Assembly: GCA_025363555.1 (NCBI GenBank)
Contig: JANYDQ010000372.1
Coordinates: 1-56,591 of the forward strand
Direction of reading: 5' to 3'
Length of the DNA stretch: 56,591 bases
Source of the DNA: Bacteroidota bacterium
GTDB taxonomy: Bacteria > Bacteroidota > Bacteroidia > 2-12-FULL-35-15
Shown: positions 49,081 through 56,591 of the stretch, piece after piece
Position numbering within the stretch: position 1 is the first letter of the stretch
Layout: each line of letters opens with the position of its first letter
Notes under the pieces: model-generated
Seen by the model: only the letters and a program-made list of their open reading frames with translations
The model's database searches: none
What the model was told of the DNA's origin: nothing
Position numbers and translations under genes: made by a program

Positions 49081-50066
49081 GTAAAAGCACAAATATTCCT
49101 GTATTAAATTCTTTACGCGCCATGGCTGCTTTATCGGTATGCCTGTTTCATTATGTTTGTACCGTTACCGGCTTTGTATCCAGCACAGCAGTTACTTCCA
49201 TCTTTTCTTTCGGGCATTACGGAGTGCAAATGTTTTTTGTTATTTCCGGTTTTATTATTCCCTGGAGTATGTACCACAGCAATTACAAAATAAACAATTT
49301 TTTTACTTTCACTGCCAAACGTTTAATACGCTTGGAACCTCCCTACATTGTTTCTCTTGTATTTGCTGTTGCTCATACTTATTTGAGAGTGCTAAGTCCT
49401 CATTATAACGGAACCGACATTACTCCAACAGCCAAACAAATTGCTTTACATTTCGGATACCTGGTTCCTTTTTTTGAAGGCGAGAAGTGGATTCGACCTG
49501 TTTACTGGACATTGGCAATAGAGTTTCAATATTATCTTACCATTGGTTTACTGTTCTCTTTTATATCGAGTAATAAAATGTGGCTGCGAATACTAGTGTA
49601 CCTCGTTTTTCTTTCCGGACCAATATGGATGAAATCTAATTTCCTGCCCTACCATTTACCTATTTTTTTACTTGGAATTTCTTTATGTCTGTACAAAACA
49701 AAAATTGTTACTCTGCTAGAAATGTATATTACAAGCGTTATTGCTCTTGTCATCATTGCTTTTTTTAACGATATTCCCACCATGTGTTTTTCAGGATTCA
49801 CATTTTTTACCATTCTTTATTTCAGTACTATCCAATCGGCAATAGGCAATTTCCTGGGAAACATTTCCTATTCCCTTTATTTATTTCATAGTCTCACGGG
49901 TATGATTTTACTTAACTACTGTGCCCACTCCGCCACATCGCCTTTGGTTAAATTTGTTTTAATTATTGTAGCTGTTCTGATAAGCATTGGGGCATCCAGC
50001 TTGGTATATCGGTTTGTGGAAAAGCCATCCAAAGAATTATCGTCCCGGATAAAATATAAAAAATGA
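49077..50066 (+). CDS. Acyltransferase-3 family
   Basis: LNSLRAMAA, GVQMFFVISGF, KRLIRLEPPY, WTLAIEFQYY, GNISYSLYLFH, VEKP. Confidence 0.93.
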   Translation: MSKSTNIPVLNSLRAMAALSVCLFHYVCTVTGFVSSTAVTSIFSFGHYGVQMFFVISGFIIPWSMYHSNYKINNFFTFTAKRLIRLEPPYIVSLVFAVAHTYLRVLSPHYNGTDITPTAKQIALHFGYLVPFFEGEKWIRPVYWTLAIEFQYYLTIGLLFSFISSNKMWLRILVYLVFLSGPIWMKSNFLPYHLPIFLLGISLCLYKTKIVTLLEMYITSVIALVIIAFFNDIPTMCFSGFTFFTILYFSTIQSAIGNFLGNISYSLYLFHSLTGMILLNYCAHSATSPLVKFVLIIVAVLISIGASSLVYRFVEKPSKELSSRIKYKK

Positions 50067-51190
50067 GGATAGCATTATTTACCGATGGCATATATCCTTA
50101 TGTAATAGGGGGCATGCAAAAACATTCCTTTTACCTTGCCAGATATTTTGCATTAAACAAGGTACATGTGGACCTATATCATACTGCAAAAGACAGTTCG
50201 CTAATCAATGAACTCAATTGTTTTTCGGAAGAAGAAAATAAATACATCCGTTCTTTTTTCATTCCTCTGCCACCAACGGGCAAGTTTCCAGGTCATTACA
50301 TTCGCGAAATGAATAGTTATTCCAAATCACTGTTTCATAAATTTCAGAGTAATCAGCCGGTTGACTTTATTTATGTACAGGGCTTATGCGGAATGTATTT
50401 ATTGAAACAAAAAATCACAACACCTGTCGGCATCAATTTTCATGGTTTAGAAATGTTTCAGAAAACCGCCAACTTGAAATCCAGGTTAGAACAATTTTTG
50501 TTCATGTCCCCTGTTTTAAAATCAATGCGCCATGCAGATATTGTATTTTCACTGGGTGGAAAACTGACAGAAATAATTAAAAGCAAAGGTATTCCTGCAC
50601 ATAAAATCATTGAAATACCTATCGGTATTGACGAATCCTGGCTCCGCATCTCGGCTCCAAAAAACAATACAACCCGCAAATTTGTTTTTATAGGACGATA
50701 CGAAAGAAGAAAAGGCATTGAAGAACTCACCCGGGTAATCAAACAATTGCTGCCTATCGCCCATTTTACTTTCGAATTTATTGGCAACATACCCGAACAC
50801 AAAAAAATAAAATCTCCACACGTTCTTTATCACGGCAGCATTTCTCACGTTTCCACCATAAAAAACATTCTTCACCACGCTGATGTATTGGTTTGTCCGA
50901 GTTACAGCGAAGGTATGCCAACCGTTATCCTGGAAGCCATGGCATCCGGATTGGCAATTATTGCAACTAAAGTGGGCGCTGTGCAGGAACAGGTGGATAC
51001 TACCAATGGCATCTTAATTTCGCCAGGCAATACTTCCGAACTCAAACAAGCCGTCACTTCTTTTATTCAATTGCCCGAAGCAGCTTTGGTAAATATGAAA
51101 AACAATTCCATCCTCAAAATCAAAAAACAATTTTTATGGAACACTATCATTCTGAAAACCATTGATGAAATAAAAAAAACAATGAACTAA
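50063..51190 (+). CDS. GT4 glycosyltransferase
   Basis: GGMQKH, FIGRYERRKG, PSYSEGMPTVILEAMASG. Confidence 0.93.
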   Translation: MRIALFTDGIYPYVIGGMQKHSFYLARYFALNKVHVDLYHTAKDSSLINELNCFSEEENKYIRSFFIPLPPTGKFPGHYIREMNSYSKSLFHKFQSNQPVDFIYVQGLCGMYLLKQKITTPVGINFHGLEMFQKTANLKSRLEQFLFMSPVLKSMRHADIVFSLGGKLTEIIKSKGIPAHKIIEIPIGIDESWLRISAPKNNTTRKFVFIGRYERRKGIEELTRVIKQLLPIAHFTFEFIGNIPEHKKIKSPHVLYHGSISHVSTIKNILHHADVLVCPSYSEGMPTVILEAMASGLAIIATKVGAVQEQVDTTNGILISPGNTSELKQAVTSFIQLPEAALVNMKNNSILKIKKQFLWNTIILKTIDEIKKTMN

Positions 51191-51221
51191 CCAACAAGCT
51201 AACAAGTGAATGAATTTTATT

Positions 51222-51229
51222 TACATTTG
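51222..51229 (+). promoter_or_regulatory. -7 promoter element TACATTTG for dapA
   Basis: Exact TAnnTTTG 17 nt upstream of ATG 51247. Confidence 0.6.
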
Positions 51230-51246
51230 CAAAAAATAATGAACTC

Positions 51247-52143
51247 ATGGAATTAAACGAAAAATTAATAGGAACAGGTGTTGCCCTGGTAACTCCCTTT
51301 GCTCCCGACAAAAACGTAGATTACAAAGCACTTGTTAAATTAGTTACCCACGTAACCAAGGGAATGGTAGAATATGTGGTGGTGTTAGGAACTACCGCAG
51401 AATCGGTAACCTTAACCAAAGAAGAAAAACAAAAAGTGGTAGCCACTGTTGTTCAAACGGTGCTTGGAAAAGTGCCCGTAGTGTTGGGTATGGGTGGAAA
51501 CAACACGCAGGATATACTGGATGATTTAAAAGACCCTTACGAATTAAAATATGTTGACGCTATACTTTCCGTTTCCCCGTATTACAATAAACCATCGCAG
51601 CGTGGCATATACGAACATTATAAAGCCATTGCCCAGAAAAGTTCAAAGCCCGTTATTTTATATAATGTGCCGGCACGCACCGGCTCCAACATTTCGGCTG
51701 AAACAACCCTTAAACTTGCCAAAGATTTTAAAAACATAATCGGCATCAAAGAAGCATCCGGAAACCTGGAGCAGTGCATGAAAATTATCAAAAACAAACC
51801 TAAAGAGTTTATGGTTATTTCAGGAGACGACCTCCTTACGCTACCCATGGTAGCTTGCGGTGCTCAAGGTGTAATCTCTGTTGCTGCCAACGCATTTCCA
51901 AAAGATTTTTCAACCATAACCCGTATGATTTTGGAAGGAAACATGGAAGAAGCCAAACGACTGCATTATAAACTTACCGACATTATCGAACAACTATTTG
52001 CTGACGGCAACCCTGCCGGAATAAAAGCAGCCCTCGAAATACTTGGCATTTGTAAATCTGGGTTGCGGTTGCCCCTGGTTAATGTTAATCCGGAGACACA
52101 AAAAAAACTGGAAGAACTGATAAAAAGCTATAAAATCGGATAA
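51247..52143 (+). CDS. dapA: 4-hydroxy-tetrahydrodipicolinate synthase
   Basis: GTGVALVTPF, GTTAE, PYYNKP, LYNVPART, GIKEASG, SGDD. Confidence 0.97.
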   Translation: MELNEKLIGTGVALVTPFAPDKNVDYKALVKLVTHVTKGMVEYVVVLGTTAESVTLTKEEKQKVVATVVQTVLGKVPVVLGMGGNNTQDILDDLKDPYELKYVDAILSVSPYYNKPSQRGIYEHYKAIAQKSSKPVILYNVPARTGSNISAETTLKLAKDFKNIIGIKEASGNLEQCMKIIKNKPKEFMVISGDDLLTLPMVACGAQGVISVAANAFPKDFSTITRMILEGNMEEAKRLHYKLTDIIEQLFADGNPAGIKAALEILGICKSGLRLPLVNVNPETQKKLEELIKSYKIG

Positions 52144-52305
52144 TTAATTCAAGTTGCTAGTTGTAAGAACTTCCACACTCCTTGTCCCTACGGAACCTTC
52201 AAGCCAAGTTTAAGTAGAATTGAACTCAACTTGAGTTAATTAAAATAATTGCATACTGAAATTTTTACAAAGTGGAAGGTAGTTTGATTTGTTAGGTAAT
52301 GCGCG

Positions 52306-53445
52306 TTATTTTTGCCCTTCAGACGGCAACTCTATCATCTTAGCGGTTTTTGAATGCGATTCTAAAATGCGCATCAACTCTTTTTCTTCGGGAGCATAAC
52401 TGCTTTCATTGGGACCAGTTATTATTTTGTGGGATTCTTCGAAGTAATTAAAAAGCTGGTGAGTTTCATATAATTCCAATATCAGCGGATGAACGTAATG
52501 TTTCCTGCAAACTGTTCTTGTATTTCCAAGCCTCTTCCCCACTTCGTTCAGCACCTCCACTGTTTTATGTTTCATTTCCCTTTCCGTTTCAAAGTCGCCT
52601 ATGTCCTTGCAAATGGCAAGTGCATAACTTGTTCCGGTCCATGTTCTGAAATCTTTCGAAGAAAATTCAGCACCACTTATTTCCTGTATGTAATCGTTTA
52701 CCATCCCCGAATCGATGGGATGTCGTTTACCTGCATCGTCCAAAAACTGGAATAACTCTTTGCCCGGAATATCGAGGCACTTTTTTACAATCCCTGCCAG
52801 GCGTTTACTTTTTAATGAAATACTATGATGCACTCCTTTCTTTCCCTTAAACTCAAAGCGGATAGTGGTGCCTTTCACTTTCACATGCTTGTTTTTTAAA
52901 GTGGTGAGCCCAAAAGAACCATACAGTTTTTCATAAAGAGAATTCCCTATTCGTATAGAAGTACTTTCCATCAGCAACACCACTGTAGCCAGCACCTTTC
53001 TTACCTGCAACCCATGCTGCGCCATATCTTTTTCTAACTGCTGCCGGATGGCAGGCAGGTTTTTTCCAAACTCATATAACCTAAAATACTTTGTTTCGCT
53101 TCTCATTTTATTCCACAACGGATGATAGCGATATTGTTTGCGTCCTTTTACATCTATACCTGTTGCCTGCAAATGCCCGTTTTCTTTGGTACAAATCCAC
53201 ACCTGCTGCCAGGCAGGAGGAATAACCAGTTTTTTTATTCTCACTAACGTTTCCTTGTCTTCTATTTCTTTTTCATTCCAAAAATAACGAAAGTTCTTGC
53301 CGTTTTTTTTTCTCGTAATGCCTGCTTCCGGACTGCCAATATAGATAAGATGAAACAACCGGGCACTTTTTACGGGGTCGTTTGCCACCCGCACCAGGTT
53401 GCTTTTTTTTACCGCTGTTACTTCACTTGTTATATTATACATCAC
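52306..53445 (-). CDS. DNA topoisomerase IB (poxvirus-like bacterial family)
   Basis: IPPAW, GHLQATG, GRKQYRYHP. Catalytic set IRIGN, FKGKKG, KDFRTW, LGNT, CRKHYVHP all intact. Confidence 0.95.
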   Translation of the reverse strand: MMYNITSEVTAVKKSNLVRVANDPVKSARLFHLIYIGSPEAGITRKKNGKNFRYFWNEKEIEDKETLVRIKKLVIPPAWQQVWICTKENGHLQATGIDVKGRKQYRYHPLWNKMRSETKYFRLYEFGKNLPAIRQQLEKDMAQHGLQVRKVLATVVLLMESTSIRIGNSLYEKLYGSFGLTTLKNKHVKVKGTTIRFEFKGKKGVHHSISLKSKRLAGIVKKCLDIPGKELFQFLDDAGKRHPIDSGMVNDYIQEISGAEFSSKDFRTWTGTSYALAICKDIGDFETEREMKHKTVEVLNEVGKRLGNTRTVCRKHYVHPLILELYETHQLFNYFEESHKIITGPNESSYAPEEKELMRILESHSKTAKMIELPSEGQK

Positions 53446-53459
53446 CTGTTTTTTTTTAA

Positions 53460-53616
53460 TTTAATAATGCCCGGCAAATCATTTGCGACTAACGGAAGAC
53501 AGGCTCGTCTACCTATTCGTTGGTCATGGATAGAAGGTTGGAAAACACCCATGTTCCCGATGTCCGTTACGCCAACCTAACAAGCCGACAAACAACTCAC
53601 CAGGCACAATTAAAAC
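53460..53616 (-). ncRNA. Candidate structured RNA (5' leader of topoisomerase IB or stand-alone ncRNA), family not recognised
   Basis: Closing stem with 22 Watson-Crick and 8 G.U pairs, valid only on the minus strand. Inner stems UAACGGA/UCCGUUA and CAUGGGUG/UAUCCAUG. Loop CCAACCU is complementary to bulge AGGUUGG. Confidence 0.7.
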
Positions 53617-53622
53617 ACGATG

Positions 53623-53681
53623 CAAAGGTCTTTAACTTTGGGGAGTAGGGCGTTACATAACTTCTAATTAAAATTACATAA
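53623..53681 (-). promoter_or_regulatory. Putative activator-dependent promoter: -7-like GACCTTTG plus TTATGTAA direct repeat with 21-bp period
   Basis: caaaggtc at 53623-53630. ttacataa at 53653-53660 and 53674-53681. Confidence 0.55.
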
Positions 53682-53737
53682 TAAAATAAAACAGAGTTTA
53701 ATCAGAATTTTAGAATAATATTGCACCCTGAAAAATC

Positions 53738-56212
53738 ATGAGAACATTAGTTGCGTTTTTATTATTTATTTTTTCCATTTTTTTATCTCCTGCACAGACC
53801 GAAAACAAAGCACCGGGTAAAATATTCGGGAAAATTACTGACTCGCTTACCGCTGTGCCGGTGGAATATGCAACCATAGGTTTATTTTCACTAACTGAAA
53901 ACAAACTGGTGAATGGTACCACAGCCGACAGCACAGGTGATTTTACATTAACCAACGTTGCGGAAGGAACTTATAAAATAATGATTGAATTTATCGGGTA
54001 CAAAAAAACCGAAAAGAATAATATTGTTGTAAGTGATAAAAACCCCACCGTTATTCTCGGAGAAATTAAATTACCCGGCAGTGAAACTGCATTAAAAGAA
54101 GTAACTATTTCAATAGAAAAAAGCATTATTGAAAACAAAATTGATAAAATGATTTTTAATGTGGACAAAGACGTAACTTCTCAAAGCGGGGTAGCAGCCG
54201 ATGTGTTGAAAAAAGTGCCGCAGGTATCTGTGGATGTGGATGGAAACGTGGAACTGCAAGGCAATACCAACATTCGTTTTCTGATTGATGGAAAACCATC
54301 TGTACTTTTTGGAAACAATATTGTGGATGTTTTACAATCCATTCCTGCCAGTCAAATAAAAAGTATAGAAGTGATTACCAGCCCGGGTGCCAAATACGAT
54401 GCGGAAGGCACAGGAGGAATAATAAATATTATTCTAAAAAAAACCACTGCAAGGGGAATCAATGGAAATGTTTCTGTTTCAGCAGGAACACGTTTGGAAA
54501 ATGGTTCGTTTAATATCAATGCACGTAAAGGTAAGTGTGGTGTTCATGCTTTTGTAAGCGGCAATGCCCAACTACTTTCTACTACTGTTAACAGTTTAGA
54601 CCGCACCACACAGGATAGCGCATCTTCTTCTCACCTGTATCAAAGAGGAACAGGCAGTTTCAGCCGGAATGGTTACCAATCGGGCTTGGGTTTCGACTGG
54701 GACATCAATCCTAAAAATAATATTAATGCAACTGTGGGTTATAATTATTTTGCAAACAGCAATGTGGGGATGCTAAACCGTGAAACTACTTTATACCATG
54801 CCTTTGGCAACACCCTTTCTGATATCAACGACTCCATAAACACCACTTCTAAATTTCACGAACATTCTTACAATTATGATGTGAGCTTTAAAAAGAAATT
54901 TAAAAAAGAAGACCAGGAACTGGAAGCATCCGTTAATTCTTCCAGCGGAAATATGTACTATTTATACGAACAAACACAAAAGCATTTATTGCCTTCCGAA
55001 ATTTACAACAGTTCGCATGGCAACAATCCGGGCATTGAAAACGAAACAAACATTACTGTGAACTATACTCAACCGCTTACCAAAGATGCACTTCTTGAAA
55101 CAGGGGTAAAAAACGAACGCTATCACATCAATTCCACCTCTGATGTGTATATGCTCAACCCATCAACAGGGAATTATGATTATAACACCGCTCAATCTTC
55201 TCAAACAGATTATAACCGAAACGTATATGCTGCTTATGTTTCCGCTACTTTCAAATTGTTTAAATTTCTCGACCTTAAACTGGGAGTGCGCGATGAATAC
55301 ACCGAAGCAACTGCTAATTTCTCCAATTCGGGAATCGTTGTGATAAAACCTTATAACACCATTGTGCCATCCCTGGTTATTTCTCACACGTTTAAGAAAA
55401 AACAAACACTCAAAATAAGTTACAGCCATCGCATCGAACGTCCCGAATACCGAGACCTCAACTCGTTCATTAATGCTTCCGACCCTAAAAATGTTTCTAC
55501 CGGAAATCCAAACATCCGCCCCGAAATAGGCGATAAGATTGAACTTGGCTATAGCCAAACATTTACCAAAGGAACCACTATCAACCTCACTTTGTTTTAT
55601 CGTGGCAATATGGACGACATACAATCGTACACCCGGTATTATTCCACTTATAAAATTGGCGATTCCACTTATTCCAATGTGGCAGTTACTACCCGCGAAA
55701 ACATAGGGCGTGAAGACAATTTCGGACTTAACGTTTTTGCTTCCATCCCCATTACCCAAAAAATAAACATCCGCACCAATATCTCTGCCTTTCAGCGATA
55801 CATCACCACCGGGCTGCCCACAGGGGGCAATATACAGGGCTTTAACTACCGCGGAAATATTAATGCTTCCTGGCAGATAACTCCTACCTTAATAATAGAA
55901 GCATTTGGCAATTTTAATTCTCCCCGAATCAATGCACAGGGCACCATGCCGGCTAACCTTACTTATAATTTTGCTTTCCGCAAACAACTGTTTCATAAAA
56001 ACGGAAGTATAGCCATAACTGCCACCAATCCTTTCAACAAATACATAGAACAGAAAACCGAACTTACCGGGCAAAATTTTACTTCCACTACCATTCGCCA
56101 GTTGCCCTTCCGCTCTTTCGGTATTAATTTTACTTATAAATTCGGTAAAATGGAATTTAAAGGAGAAAAAGAAACGGAAGATGCGAACCTAACCAGCCCT
56201 CCCGGAAACTAA
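53738..56212 (+). CDS. TonB-dependent receptor / outer-membrane beta-barrel family protein with N-terminal carboxypeptidase-regulatory-like domain
   Basis: Signal peptide, GKITDS..PVEYATI, plug LKKVPQVSVD..IEVITSPGAKYDAEGTGGIINI, barrel GNPNIRPE, C-terminal FTYKFG. Confidence 0.9.
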   Translation: MRTLVAFLLFIFSIFLSPAQTENKAPGKIFGKITDSLTAVPVEYATIGLFSLTENKLVNGTTADSTGDFTLTNVAEGTYKIMIEFIGYKKTEKNNIVVSDKNPTVILGEIKLPGSETALKEVTISIEKSIIENKIDKMIFNVDKDVTSQSGVAADVLKKVPQVSVDVDGNVELQGNTNIRFLIDGKPSVLFGNNIVDVLQSIPASQIKSIEVITSPGAKYDAEGTGGIINIILKKTTARGINGNVSVSAGTRLENGSFNINARKGKCGVHAFVSGNAQLLSTTVNSLDRTTQDSASSSHLYQRGTGSFSRNGYQSGLGFDWDINPKNNINATVGYNYFANSNVGMLNRETTLYHAFGNTLSDINDSINTTSKFHEHSYNYDVSFKKKFKKEDQELEASVNSSSGNMYYLYEQTQKHLLPSEIYNSSHGNNPGIENETNITVNYTQPLTKDALLETGVKNERYHINSTSDVYMLNPSTGNYDYNTAQSSQTDYNRNVYAAYVSATFKLFKFLDLKLGVRDEYTEATANFSNSGIVVIKPYNTIVPSLVISHTFKKKQTLKISYSHRIERPEYRDLNSFINASDPKNVSTGNPNIRPEIGDKIELGYSQTFTKGTTINLTLFYRGNMDDIQSYTRYYSTYKIGDSTYSNVAVTTRENIGREDNFGLNVFASIPITQKINIRTNISAFQRYITTGLPTGGNIQGFNYRGNINASWQITPTLIIEAFGNFNSPRINAQGTMPANLTYNFAFRKQLFHKNGSIAITATNPFNKYIEQKTELTGQNFTSTTIRQLPFRSFGINFTYKFGKMEFKGEKETEDANLTSPPGN

Positions 56213-56271
56213 TTTTATTCTACTTATTTATTAATCTTTTTTTTGGGTGGCAATTTACCTGCGAAGTTTGT

Positions 56272-56467
56272 GAACCCCGTACGAGCTAAGCTGAAGCGTT
56301 GAAATGTTAAGGGGGCTTAGGTTGTATATAATCCTGTAAGTTTTACTTACATTTACAACCAAAATAAAAGAAATGGAATTGTTTTCTGATAAGTACAACT
56401 TATCAATTAATCTGCAACCTAAGCCCTTACGCTCAAAGCCCGACTTCAGCTTAGCTTGTACGGGTTC
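56272..56467. repeat. REPIN/MITE-like element with ~60-bp imperfect inverted arms, each arm itself a hairpin
   Basis: Left arm gaaccccgtacgagctaagctgaag...gggcttaggttgta (56272-56332). Right arm tgcaacctaagccc...cttcagcttagcttgtacgggttc (56406-56467). AT-rich spacer between them. Confidence 0.8.
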
Positions 56468-56511
56468 CTTGTTTATAAACCCTCCTCTAAAGCAAAAAAA
56501 TACCTTTTTTT

Positions 56512-56591
56512 CTTCGTTGTCCATGTTGTAAACTTCGTTGTCCATGTTGTAAACTTCGTTGTCCATGTTGTAAACTTCGTTGTCCATGTTG
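56512..56591. repeat. Perfect 21-bp tandem array cttcgttgtccatgttgtaaa (at least 3.8 copies, runs off the window)
   Basis: Identical units at 56512, 56533, 56554 and a partial unit at 56575. Confidence 0.97.

Noticed and set aside
55163-55759. 198-aa antisense ORF and other short ORFs overlapping called genes
   Set aside because: Shadow frames of well-supported genes with no recognisable motifs.
56255-56587. 110-aa MDNEVYN ORF
   Set aside because: Made of the tandem array plus REPIN sequence, and open at the window edge.

Overview
Bacteroidota chromosomal window, identified from T9SS cargo proteins, porQ-cmk, guaA beside a LysM/PBP1 gene, and TAnnTTTG promoters. It runs from a 5'-truncated dnaA to a tandem array that leaves the window end. 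Housekeeping genes: dnaA, LMW-PTP, RsmI-like methyltransferase, cmk, porQ, hemF, guaA, dapA. It also holds two surface-glycan gene blocks (12.5-17.2 kb and 37.8-51.2 kb), four T9SS cargo proteins, a type IB topoisomerase and a TonB-dependent-like beta-barrel. Best leads: (1) an unannotated ~155-nt structured RNA (53460-53616, minus strand) directly upstream of topoisomerase IB, with a 30-bp stem containing 8 G.U pairs, a 7-bp pseudoknot candidate and its own promoter; (2) a four-gene operon (2221-8221) that looks like a synthase-dependent exopolysaccharide system exported through an HlyD/TolC-like conduit, with a zinc-ribbon/degenerate-GGDEF regulator that keeps the RxxD I-site; (3) three unrelated tandem arrays that all have a 21-bp unit, one built of 18-bp palindromes, plus nested REP/REPIN-like elements. 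No rRNA, tRNA, CRISPR array or intact transposase was seen. All family calls come from motif recognition by eye, not database searches.
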